A DNA stretch of 63,922 bases, the filler included, from an uncultured bacterium (GTDB taxonomy: Bacteria; Hinthialibacterota; Hinthialibacteria; Hinthialibacterales; Hinthialibacteraceae): assembly GCA_964449065.1 (NCBI GenBank). It is 3 parts of 3 records of this genome, joined end to end, with 100 filler letters (N's around TTAATTAATTAA, not from the genome) between each part and the next. Parts side by side here need not be neighbours in the genome. Positions count along the whole stretch, not along the records: positions 46,500 to 63,922 come from CAYVAZ010000072.1; 2 more parts are not named here. One strand, 5' to 3'. The notes under the pieces are model-generated. The model worked only from the letters and a program-made list of their open reading frames with translations. It searched no databases and was not told where the DNA came from. Position numbers and translations under genes: made by a program. This document shows, in pieces, positions 54,971-63,821 of this stretch (positions within the stretch are counted from its first letter, which is position 1; the number at the start of each line of letters is the position of its first letter).

Positions 54971-57922
54971 TCACTTATTCGGCTGCAGCCGAATCGTCTC
55001 CACCTTCCGCGTCTGCCCATGCGACAACGGCCGCACCGGCAAAGTATATTGGCTGTACGCATCCGATGGCAGCACACGCACAAACGTAGAGGGCACCGGA
55101 ACGTTCTTCAACACAAACATCCCCTGCGCGTTGGTGGTTGTACTTGGCAAATTGCTTTCCGGAAGACCGTCTTCTCCAAGACCGTGCCGGCCATCCAATC
55201 TTAAGTTTCTTGGAGAAAACAGCGAATCGAACTCACTGCGGACTGCTGCTGATGGGGGGAGTTGAGCGGAGACTGTTAACCCCGAAATCGGCTCGTTGGT
55301 AACCGCATCGACAATCGTCCCCATGATCGTGGCCCCTTTGCCGATAACAATCCTAACCCCGTCCAAAATCCGGTTCGGCGGCGGGGACATCCGCCCGGAT
55401 GACGCGGTACCATACGCAGCCGTGCGGATATCAATCGAAAACGGCGCATGAGTGGCGGCCAGGTTCTCCACCAAAAACCGCCCATCCCGTGAAAAGACCG
55501 GCGTCCACCGGTAATAAGGCGAGTTCACACTCTCCGACTGCGGCGACGCACTCGGCACAACCCGTAGTTCATACCGCTCCAACGGCTGCCCGTCTGAAAG
55601 CACAACCCGCCCGGCTATTCCCGTTCGTTGTACTTCTTTATTATCTTTTCGTTTTAATACAATACGAACATTTTCTTTTTCTTCAAAAAAGACACCAGTA
55701 GAACCACTTTCATATTCTTTTGTTGATTTTGTTCGAGCATTCACATTAAAAATTTGATCACGAAGGATCGGTTTACCCACTTCTGATCTTTTCAGCATGT
55801 TTTGGGTTACTATACTGTCAATATCAAATTTAAACTGACCATCTTTCTGAGTCGTCATCCGGTTATCAAAACCATACTCTGTATCGTAATTATGGTCACC
55901 TTGTTTAATTCGTTCATCAATAGATAAATATACCTCAATACCTTCTATAGGATTATTGTCTTGATCCACAACAATCCCTTTTACAAATTCATCCTTCCCT
56001 TGTTGTAAAGTAAAGCTCATATCCTGAGGTGTGCCGCCAATACTCACATGAATGGTTTTATCGATTTGATCCTCAACCGTTGAACGGTAGCCAACGGCAT
56101 CGGCAATCGCAGAAAATGTTCCTGGGTTTCTATAGTATTGAAAAACACATTCATAAAATCCATTTTGATTTGTTTTTGCATCAAACGCCTGTGTACGCGG
56201 GTAGGTTCTCCCATTTCCCAAATGGTCCTCTATCACACGCCGGAATTGTACGTTGGCATTTTCAATTGGATTTCCCTGCTGATCGCGTACATACCCTTGC
56301 ACGATGGCCCCGCCTTCAAAATGAATATCCATATTCTCAATTCGCTGCCCCGGTTTGACAGCAAAATCATCCGAATGCTCCTTCCCATAATATTTATGAT
56401 CAGAAGAAACCAGAATTTGTTTATTAGAAAGTTTAACCGGCACGGTCAATTCATACCGGCCATTGCTATCGGTTTCCGCGTAAGCGCCATAGCGTTTTAA
56501 TTCTTCTATTTGTTCTTCTGAAGGCCGGTAAACAATATGTGCATAAACCGTTTGATTTGCCATCGGCTTGCCGTCCGGATCATACACCGTCCCGGATACC
56601 GTCCACGGTTTCTCCAAATAAAAATTCACACTCTCCGCGTCTTGGTTCGTAAGGGCTGCTTTCTTATGCCGGTAACTCTGAAAACTTAATATCTTCGAAT
56701 GATCCCCGCTGATGTACCCCTCGATCTGATCCACATACAGCGAATACAATCCGCTGGTCATATCCGTAAACGTATATTGCCCACTCTCATCCGTATGCAC
56801 CGTCTTGGTCGCCTCTTTTGTTTGCTTCAGCGCGATCCCCTGCGACGACACATGATCCAGCAGACACACAACCGGCGCACCCACGACCGGTTCATTCGTC
56901 ACCGCGTCATACACAAAGCCGGAGAGATTCAAATTGTTGCCGGGCAATATCAGCTCGATATGCTCATCCGCTTCATCCACCGCAACCACCACGGGCTCCT
57001 CCGATTGATACCAGGGATGATTGATCTCCACCGTATACGTCCCGCGCTTCACCTTCGCAAACACCGCCTGCCCGTTCATATCCGTCTTCACACGCGCGGC
57101 ATATAAAAACCCCGTCTGTGGATGCGATTTCACCGCCAGTTCCGCATTTGCGACCACGTCGTCCATCGTGGTCTTGACCGAGACCGTTGCCGTCCCCTCA
57201 TTCAGCAGCCGCAGCGAAACCGTTTCCCCCGCCTGCACGCTCCTGCTGATCCCCAGGTATGTAGGATGCACAGCCGTCAGCGTATACTCACCCGCATACA
57301 GCGGATAAAACGCGAAGAGGCTCCCGGTGGCGGACAGCACCGCCGAACTCCCGGCAATCCGAAGCGCCGCCTCCTCATTGGGATTCCCCTCCGGACCAAA
57401 CACCTCACCCTGGACCGCGAGTTTTCGGTGTAACGGAACCGTCACTTGCTTTTGATTGACATCAATCAGCACATCGCTTTTCATAAAAAAGCCGTTGGCG
57501 GTAACGGTTGTGCTCCACGCTTCATTTTCAGGCAGCGTCAGCAGCGCCTTCCCGTCCTCATCGCAATACAGCGTCCTGCCGGATGAAACCGCCACCACAG
57601 CGCCCGGCACCGGCTGCTGTTCGTCATCCACCACAGCAATTGTCACCGTTCGCGTATCCGCTTCAATGGATGGTACACTTACATCAAGCGGTGTCGGAAC
57701 AGCCTTGCCCTTGAAGTCCGTCTCCCCATCCGCGTGAACCGTCAGTTCCTCGCCCGCTTCCACCGTCTGCCCGTTAGTTTGATCCAGCACCGTCCCTTCC
57801 TGCACCGTAATCCGCACCGATTCAGTGTCCGGCTCCGGCTGGGTATCCAAAAAAATCAACACCGCAAATACCAGGAAAAGCAGCAATAGAGTTAATCCAA
57901 ACGCGGTAAACAAGCGTTTCAT
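54971..57922 (-). CDS. Membrane-anchored protein with multiple carboxypeptidase-regulatory-like beta-sandwich repeats
   Basis: N-terminal TM; repeated G-x-V-x-D-x-x-x-x-P-x-x-[GN]A-x-V ... T-D-x-x-G-x-[FY] units. Confidence 0.85.
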   Translation of the reverse strand: MKRLFTAFGLTLLLLFLVFAVLIFLDTQPEPDTESVRITVQEGTVLDQTNGQTVEAGEELTVHADGETDFKGKAVPTPLDVSVPSIEADTRTVTIAVVDDEQQPVPGAVVAVSSGRTLYCDEDGKALLTLPENEAWSTTVTANGFFMKSDVLIDVNQKQVTVPLHRKLAVQGEVFGPEGNPNEEAALRIAGSSAVLSATGSLFAFYPLYAGEYTLTAVHPTYLGISRSVQAGETVSLRLLNEGTATVSVKTTMDDVVANAELAVKSHPQTGFLYAARVKTDMNGQAVFAKVKRGTYTVEINHPWYQSEEPVVVAVDEADEHIELILPGNNLNLSGFVYDAVTNEPVVGAPVVCLLDHVSSQGIALKQTKEATKTVHTDESGQYTFTDMTSGLYSLYVDQIEGYISGDHSKILSFQSYRHKKAALTNQDAESVNFYLEKPWTVSGTVYDPDGKPMANQTVYAHIVYRPSEEQIEELKRYGAYAETDSNGRYELTVPVKLSNKQILVSSDHKYYGKEHSDDFAVKPGQRIENMDIHFEGGAIVQGYVRDQQGNPIENANVQFRRVIEDHLGNGRTYPRTQAFDAKTNQNGFYECVFQYYRNPGTFSAIADAVGYRSTVEDQIDKTIHVSIGGTPQDMSFTLQQGKDEFVKGIVVDQDNNPIEGIEVYLSIDERIKQGDHNYDTEYGFDNRMTTQKDGQFKFDIDSIVTQNMLKRSEVGKPILRDQIFNVNARTKSTKEYESGSTGVFFEEKENVRIVLKRKDNKEVQRTGIAGRVVLSDGQPLERYELRVVPSASPQSESVNSPYYRWTPVFSRDGRFLVENLAATHAPFSIDIRTAAYGTASSGRMSPPPNRILDGVRIVIGKGATIMGTIVDAVTNEPISGLTVSAQLPPSAAVRSEFDSLFSPRNLRLDGRHGLGEDGLPESNLPSTTTNAQGMFVLKNVPVPSTFVRVLPSDAYSQYTLPVRPLSHGQTRKVETIRLQPNK

Positions 57923-57931
57923 ATCGCTCTC

Positions 57932-58555
57932 CTATTCGGATGGTTTTGGGGTCACTTCTACAGTGAACCGTGTACCCACCACTTCAATCGTGTTCAGCGG
58001 GGTATGCACCAGCATAGACCTATCAGGATCATGCGCCGCGGTAATTTCAATCCTGCCGCGCTGAATATGAATATTGCGCCCCGCGTCATAATCCAACCGA
58101 AACGCGGTTTGAGGTTCGCAATGAATTACGGACTCATCCCGCAAATACACCGTTGCATGAATTCCATCCGGCACGGAAACCTCTTTGCCGGATCCTAAAT
58201 TTCGTTTCCAAGAATCGGGCACATCCACGCTTTCTACCGGGTGCTCCACACTCCACTGCACGCTATGAAACGCGGGAATTGGAGAAGTTTGCATCCAATA
58301 CAACACCGCTGCCGCCGCAATCAACACAACACCATACGCGGCCAAACGGTACCGCCAATTCACCGCCGGGAACACCTCGTCAAACCACCAAGACTGTTCA
58401 CTCCACTTGGGCCGCATCGCCTTCATCATGCGGTTGGCATAAGCACGGCTATCGACATCCCAAACCGGAAACTCTTGCAGCATCCGCTTTAAATGAACAT
58501 CACGTCCGCTTTCCCTTTCATGTGGATTATGGAGTTCATACTCGTTCTTCTTCAT
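57932..58555 (-). CDS. FecR-type anti-sigma factor (C-terminally short)
   Basis: Cytoplasmic N-region, one TM, IHIQRGRI...VHTPLNTIEVVGTRFTV; overlaps the ECF stop codon. Confidence 0.8.
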   Translation of the reverse strand: MKKNEYELHNPHERESGRDVHLKRMLQEFPVWDVDSRAYANRMMKAMRPKWSEQSWWFDEVFPAVNWRYRLAAYGVVLIAAAAVLYWMQTSPIPAFHSVQWSVEHPVESVDVPDSWKRNLGSGKEVSVPDGIHATVYLRDESVIHCEPQTAFRLDYDAGRNIHIQRGRIEITAAHDPDRSMLVHTPLNTIEVVGTRFTVEVTPKPSE

Positions 58556-59118
58556 ACTTCACCTCTACAGGGTTCCAGCAGTTCGCGCAATTTCTTGCGG
58601 GTTCGGTACAACGATTTACGCACGGTTTCAATGCGGATATTCAGCGTTCGCGCGATTTTCTCATAACTCTCGCCGTTGACTTCATACAAAACCAAAATCG
58701 TACGCTGTTGGGTAGAGAGTGTTGACAGCGCCCAATCGAGCTGCGTATAGAGATCGTCATCACGCAATCGCGTCCAAGCGCTTTGTTGGGGATCGGGAAC
58801 CGCGTCGGCCGCGGCTTCAAACTCATCCAGCGAAGAAAAGCGGCTGCGCTTGCGCAGCAGATCAATACACAAATTGCGCGCGCAGGTCAGCAAAAACCCT
58901 TGCACCGAACCGTTGCGGTTTTGAAAGCTGCCGTCTTTGATTTTGTTGACCAACTTCAGCAATGCTTCCTGCAAGACGTCTTCCGCTTCCTGCCGGTCTT
59001 GCAGCAGCAGATACGCCAGCCGCAGCACACCGGGGGCATACCAAGACACGATATCTTCAAAGGCATACGGGTCGCCCGCGCGCATCCGCTGAATGTGTCG
59101 GTCTGTCACTCGTTTCAT
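58552..59118 (-). CDS. ECF RNA polymerase sigma factor
   Basis: GDPYAFE, EAEDVLQE, ARNLCIDLLR, SYEKIA...TVRKSLYR. Confidence 0.93.
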   Translation of the reverse strand: MKRVTDRHIQRMRAGDPYAFEDIVSWYAPGVLRLAYLLLQDRQEAEDVLQEALLKLVNKIKDGSFQNRNGSVQGFLLTCARNLCIDLLRKRSRFSSLDEFEAAADAVPDPQQSAWTRLRDDDLYTQLDWALSTLSTQQRTILVLYEVNGESYEKIARTLNIRIETVRKSLYRTRKKLRELLEPCRGEV

Positions 59119-59234
59119 GCATCACCCTCATCTCTATACACGAAGATGATACCCAAAAATGGACATTTTTTTTCCATGAACCACAAATACATAATGGTCA
59201 CAGTGAAAGGAAAAACGGTATTGGCTCTACCGAA

Positions 59235-59596
59235 CGCAAACAATTGTGCTTTGGAGAAAATTACACCACCCGGCACAAACCTTGTTCCGGCATTTCTCGT
59301 ACCAACCCGTTGCATTGCTCGGTCACTTCGTTGCAAGGAGAATCGGGCATCAGGGCAGGGAAGTCATTATCAAACACGTAGGTCGATTTATATTGAGGAT
59401 TGCTCTCCCCGCCCGCCCGCCGGTTGACGGGGCAGAGATAGCATCCCTCATCATAAGCGGGCAACTCGGCTTGCGCAGATGGCTCCACCGCCCCCGACTA
59501 TGGCCGCTTCGCCCGGTGCGGAGACTCCAGCACCCACTCCCCCAACAACGGGTTCCACCGCCGGTGGGGATGAGTATTTATGTTGAAGAGATTCAT
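59235..59596 (-). pseudogene. galT: Galactose-1-phosphate uridylyltransferase 5' remnant
   Basis: Manual translation [34 protein letters not shown]...CYLCPVNRRAGGESNPQYKSTYVFDNDFPAL...GLCRVV*FSPKH; two stops and 3' truncation. Confidence 0.85.
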
Positions 59597-59605
59597 GTTA
59601 CCAAT

Positions 59606-59866
59606 CTAATAAACTTGGTTGTGAGTACCCAAAGTTAAAAAATGGACAACGGAATATTCATTATGTTCTATAAAAACGAGACGTAAATCTCCACCCGCCG
59701 AAATTGCGCGTCTACCTCTTTGTTTCCCTTTTAAGGGATGGTTATGCAATTGGGATGCATGAGGGGTTTGCTGAAAAAGTGAAATAGTTTCATCAACTTT
59801 ATCTTGCTGTTTGGAAGTGAGTTTTTGATACATCTTTTGAAAATGTTTATGATAAACAATTTCCAT
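59606..59866 (-). CDS. RelE/YafQ family mRNA interferase toxin
   Basis: HKHFQK, LHNHPLKG, DLRLVF, LGTHNQVY. Confidence 0.88.
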   Translation of the reverse strand: MEIVYHKHFQKMYQKLTSKQQDKVDETISLFQQTPHASQLHNHPLKGKQRGRRAISAGGDLRLVFIEHNEYSVVHFLTLGTHNQVY

Positions 59867-59869
59867 TTT

Positions 59870-60106
59870 CTATTTTCGCAATTTTTTCAAAAACTGAATG
59901 GCTTCTTCACCCTTCAATGCAGGGCTGAGGTTTATGCCTTGCTCAACTTCATCTTGGATTTGATTTAATTTTTCTATATCTTCTTTCGAATATTCACATT
60001 CGTGAAAAGTGTCTTCTGTCTTGGAAGAAACATATTCAAAAACAATCTTCATTTCATCCAAAGGCAATTCATCTATTTCTTTAATAATATCTTGTGCGGT
60101 TTTCAC
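59870..60106 (-). CDS. Probable cognate antitoxin
   Basis: Small acidic ORF ending 3 nt upstream of the toxin; GAGG RBS, GTG start. Confidence 0.7.
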   Translation of the reverse strand: MKTAQDIIKEIDELPLDEMKIVFEYVSSKTEDTFHECEYSKEDIEKLNQIQDEVEQGINLSPALKGEEAIQFLKKLRK

Positions 60107-60241
60107 GTTTACACCTCAAGTTATTCTTTAACTCAGTTACATACCGTTATTTGTTTATTATAGTGGTCTGAATAATCAGAGCAATAAACATGTGAATAGG
60201 AACGCATAATTGACAACACCGGACAATGTACGTATTATTCT

Positions 60242-60535
60242 ATGCAGGAGAATATCATGACACAGACAAGAACCGAACGTTTCGAGACCCGCTTAACCTC
60301 TGAACAAAAAAAGCAATTAACAAAAGCCGCTTCTCTACAAGGTGTATCTTTATCGGAATTCATCGTAAACAGTGCCCAGAAAGCAGCAAACCAAATTCTC
60401 TTGGAAGAAGACCTGTTATCTCTAACATTGCGTGACCGGTTGGCTTTTATAGACGCGCTAACTGATGATTCTCCACCGGATTCGAAATTACAAAAAGCGG
60501 CAGACAACTACAAAAATAAAATGTCCATTGCATGA
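60242..60535 (+). CDS. DUF1778 (TacA/AtaR-like) antitoxin
   Basis: ERFETRLT...KAASLQGVSLSEFI...LSLT-x-RD-x-x-AF-x-x-AL; likely start ATG 60257 (AGGAG RBS); TTGACA at 60210. Confidence 0.9.
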   Translation: MQENIMTQTRTERFETRLTSEQKKQLTKAASLQGVSLSEFIVNSAQKAANQILLEEDLLSLTLRDRLAFIDALTDDSPPDSKLQKAADNYKNKMSIA

Positions 60536-60789
60536 AATTCAAGCCTTCCTATAACTTTGAATAATTGTCTTCGCACCACAATCGGACAAAATTTTCATGT
60601 GGACTTACTGCTCTGGATGCATTATACAAATGTTATCAATTCAGTGATGAAATTGGAGCGGTTGCGGTAGTTGTTGATGCAATCAATGAAAAAGCCTCTT
60701 CCTTCTACCAAAACTATGGATTCACTCCATTTTTGGATACATCCTCTAAACTCTACATAACAATGAAATGTATCAAAATGCTTTTCTGA
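60532..60789 (+). pseudogene. GNAT acetyltransferase toxin (TacT/AtaT-like) pseudogene
   Basis: MKFKPSYNFE*LSSHHNRTKFSCGLTALD joined directly to ALYKC...IGAVAVVVDAINEKASSFYQNYGF; early stop and deletion of the central acetyl-CoA-binding region. Confidence 0.82.
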
Positions 60790-60791
60790 TA

Positions 60792-60914
60792 TCACTCCCG
60801 CACCAGCAGATTCTTCAGCTCCACCAACCCGCTCTTAAAAATATGCAGCGGTCATAAGGCTGCATCTGCGGGCATTGCTGGCAGGGGGCGGGGGCTTCGC
60901 CTTCAAACATTCCC
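60792..60914 (-). repeat. Displaced duplicate of the radical SAM gene 3' end
   Basis: Aligns with 61388-61511: 57 nt identical, then mostly synonymous changes and a 1-nt deletion; ends LVRE* versus LVRN*. Confidence 0.92.
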
Positions 60915-61057
60915 AAATGTTAACAGCATGGTGGCCATGCTTTCCATCAACTAAATCATATCCATCACAAAAAAAAGGAACACAAAAAAAAGAAATGGGT
61001 TGACAAACGCGTTGTCTTTATCCGGTAACCCTCCGGATAAGTTATATTACTTTAAAA

Positions 61058-61378
61058 TCACTTATTAATATTATCTTCTATCCGCAGAAGTTTATCGCGA
61101 TTTTTCAATACTGCTTCCGAAATTGCATTCGTACGTTCATTAAAATCCTTCCGCATCGATATTAACTCTTGCCGCATTAATGAAAGTTCACTCTTCACTT
61201 CTTTCAACACATCCGTATTGCTATGAATGGCGGAATTGATACTGCCAAACCAATAAAATCCACCACCGATGATTGCTATTAAGGTGATAATTGTAATGAA
61301 CTGATTCAAAGTTATTCTTGTTGTAACCATCGTCTCTTTTGTTTCATTTAATACAGTTATTTTGTGATTTGTATGCAT
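61058..61378 (-). CDS. Small single-TM coiled-coil protein
   Basis: FITIITLIAIIGGGFYWF TM then heptad-rich tail; AT-rich; start may be ATG 61330. Confidence 0.65.
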   Translation of the reverse strand: MHTNHKITVLNETKETMVTTRITLNQFITIITLIAIIGGGFYWFGSINSAIHSNTDVLKEVKSELSLMRQELISMRKDFNERTNAISEAVLKNRDKLLRIEDNINK

Positions 61379-61387
61379 AGCATAAAT

Positions 61388-62536
61388 TCAATTTCTTACC
61401 AACAGATTCTTCAACTCCACCAGCCCGCTCTTAAAGATATGCCAACGGTCGTAGGGCTGCATCTGCGGGCATTGCTGGCAGGGGGCGGGGGCTTCGCCTT
61501 CAAACATTCCCCGCCGCATTTCGTTCAGTGTGGGGTGACCGCGCGCTTCGTTTAAATTTCCGTTCTGCACCTTCCCCAGCTTAATGTTCGTCATATAACA
61601 GCACGGGAACACCTCGCCCTCACCTTGCACCATCGCGTTGCGCCACAAGAAAAAGCAAAAATGCTTCTTCTTCTTGGCTCCATTGCCGTTTGCGTCTTTC
61701 GGTTTGAGATGTACCGGGGTCTTAATCTGCGCCATGCGCTCATAGTCCAGCGACATCAGGTAGGTCATCGGGTCAAGATACCACCAACTAAACGGAATTC
61801 CATGCTCTTCCGCTTTTTGGCGCGCAATCTCCACTTGTTCCTCAATCTCCTTGCGTGGAACCTCCATGCTCTCTTTCGCCTGCTGCGACATATAAATCAC
61901 GGGGTGCATTACAATCTCATCCACGCCGCATTCCGCCGCCACATCCGGGAACAGCGGTACTTCATGCAGATTCTGCCGCATAATCCCAAACGACAGTTTC
62001 ACCAACGGGCGCGCCGCTCCCATCTCTTTTTTCATCCTGCAGAGCCGCTTTACATTCTCAATGATATCCGGCAATCCTCCCGGCGGACGTACTTCCTTGA
62101 ACGTCTCTTCCGTCGAGGCATCCAGCGATATCCCAATCGACTTTATCCCCGATTCAATCGTCTCGCGGCAGCGCCGTTCATCCAGCAGCGTCCCGTTCGA
62201 CGACAAATTTACATCCGACCCGAACGACGCCACATAGCGCACCTTCTCAAAATAATCCTTATCGATCATCGGCTCGCCCAGGCCGTACAGATACACATCC
62301 TTCGCCTGCTTGATATAGTTCTCCATCGATTTGAAATAATCGAAACTCAGATGCTCGTTATAGGGCAGGCGGTTGTTCTCGTTATCTTCACGCGGGCATT
62401 GAATACACTTCAAATTGCAGAACGAGGTCGTCCCCAGCGACAACTCCACCGGATAGGCGCTCGGCCTCTCACGCCCCAGCAGCAAATCGCCATACGCGCG
62501 AATCAAATTCCAGGCTTTCGTCAATCGGTATCTCAT
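61388..62536 (-). CDS. Radical SAM protein with SPASM/twitch domain
   Basis: CNLKCIQC (CX3CX2C), GLGEP, SNGTLL, ISLDA, C...GEVFPCC...CQQC. Confidence 0.92.
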   Translation of the reverse strand: MRYRLTKAWNLIRAYGDLLLGRERPSAYPVELSLGTTSFCNLKCIQCPREDNENNRLPYNEHLSFDYFKSMENYIKQAKDVYLYGLGEPMIDKDYFEKVRYVASFGSDVNLSSNGTLLDERRCRETIESGIKSIGISLDASTEETFKEVRPPGGLPDIIENVKRLCRMKKEMGAARPLVKLSFGIMRQNLHEVPLFPDVAAECGVDEIVMHPVIYMSQQAKESMEVPRKEIEEQVEIARQKAEEHGIPFSWWYLDPMTYLMSLDYERMAQIKTPVHLKPKDANGNGAKKKKHFCFFLWRNAMVQGEGEVFPCCYMTNIKLGKVQNGNLNEARGHPTLNEMRRGMFEGEAPAPCQQCPQMQPYDRWHIFKSGLVELKNLLVRN

Positions 62537-62612
62537 AAAGAACGGTCCAATACATATTCACTACGATTTTCAGCATAGCAGGATATCATAACTGCAAAAC
62601 AGCAGTTGGAAA

Positions 62613-63332
62613 ATGGAAAAGAGTATCATTATGCCGTGCCGAATCAAAATCTGCGGGCTGACAAACGAAGCCGATATTCAGTGGGTCAACAAATGCGAAG
62701 CCGATTACATCGGGATGCTTATTGATATCCCCCAATCCGCGCGCTGCATTCCGTTGGAGCGCGCCGTCCATCTCTCGCAATTCACCAATATCCCCATCGT
62801 TACGGTAACAGTGAATGCAGAGGAAGACCGCCTGCTCGAAATCGTCAGCCAACTTAACCCTCATGCCATCCAACTTCACGGCAATGAACCGCCCGCTCTG
62901 GTCGAAGTGCTGAAATCGCAAACCCAATGCAAAGTCTGGAAGGTCATCCACCTCCCCGCGCAAGAAGCCAATCAGGAAGTGGCGCTCGAACCGGTCCTGC
63001 AATCCATCAAAGACTACCAATCCGCCGGAACCGATGCCGTCCTGGTCGATTCCATGGTCGTCGTCAAAGGAGAAACCCACCTTGGCGGCACCGGCAAAAC
63101 CTCCGATTGGAACACTGCCGCCAAAATCCGCCAAGAATCCCCCCTCCCTGTCATCCTCGCCGGAGGCATTAACCCAAGCAATGTCCAACAAGCCGTCCGC
63201 ACCGTCCAACCCTATGCCATAGACGTCTCCTCCGGAGTCGAACTCACCAAAACCAAAAAAGACCCTGACAAAGTGCAAGAGTTAATCATGAAGGTAAGGC
63301 AAATGGAGAAAGATAGTCCTAAGATTGTATAA
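62613..63332 (+). CDS. trpF: Phosphoribosylanthranilate isomerase
   Basis: IKICGLT, IQLHGNE, GGTGK, LAGGINP, IDVSSGVE, KD; start may be ATG 62631. Confidence 0.95.
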   Translation: MEKSIIMPCRIKICGLTNEADIQWVNKCEADYIGMLIDIPQSARCIPLERAVHLSQFTNIPIVTVTVNAEEDRLLEIVSQLNPHAIQLHGNEPPALVEVLKSQTQCKVWKVIHLPAQEANQEVALEPVLQSIKDYQSAGTDAVLVDSMVVVKGETHLGGTGKTSDWNTAAKIRQESPLPVILAGGINPSNVQQAVRTVQPYAIDVSSGVELTKTKKDPDKVQELIMKVRQMEKDSPKIV

Positions 63333-63391
63333 AAGAAATGGAGGATGGGTTACGTCGTTATAACCCAACAATCGTACCAGCGAGCAAGATG

Positions 63392-63727
63392 TTACCCGGC
63401 CACTCGAATCTCCCCAACCGCCTGCTTCTTCGCCTTTGGCTTCACGCTCACTACCACATTGCAATCCAACTTGGTCAGCCAGTTCATCAGCCGGTCAAGC
63501 GTAAACCGCCGCAGTTCGCTGCCTTTCTTTAATTTGCTGATGTACGATTGATCGGTTCCGAGTAACGCGGCAGCTTGCTCTTGCGTCATCCCGCGGTTTT
63601 GAATGATTTCCATAATTTGTGAAGCCAATTTCGCCTTCGCCAACATCTCATCCGCATCCGGCAAATCCAAATCAGCAAAAATGTTTCCGCAACTTTCCAA
63701 AATGGAATGCTCATTCAGATGAGTCAT
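63392..63727 (-). CDS. XRE-family HTH protein (HigA-like antitoxin), orphan
   Basis: SCGNIFADLDLPDADE, MTQEQAAALLGTDQSYISKL, FTLDRL. Confidence 0.85.
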   Translation of the reverse strand: MTHLNEHSILESCGNIFADLDLPDADEMLAKAKLASQIMEIIQNRGMTQEQAAALLGTDQSYISKLKKGSELRRFTLDRLMNWLTKLDCNVVVSVKPKAKKQAVGEIRVAG

Positions 63728-63821
63728 GTTTTAGCCGTTATCCCGTATATCCAATAAATCCTGCAAATCCAGATTCAGATAAAGAAGTGGTAATTATAAG
63801 GAGGAATTAATAAGGATTAGC

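Noticed and set aside
59235..60789. In-frame stops in galT and GNAT as evidence of stop-codon reassignment
   Set aside because: Both TAG and TAA occur, alongside truncation or deletion, and intact genes use all three stops normally
60792..61511. Possible DGR template/variable repeat pair
   Set aside because: Mismatches are synonymous and occur in both directions rather than only at adenines of one copy, and no reverse transcriptase is present
61625..62578. Long antisense ORFs (317 aa here; others opposite rpoBC, the sulfatases and the GT genes)
   Set aside because: Shadow frames of GC-biased genes, with no recognisable motifs or RBS
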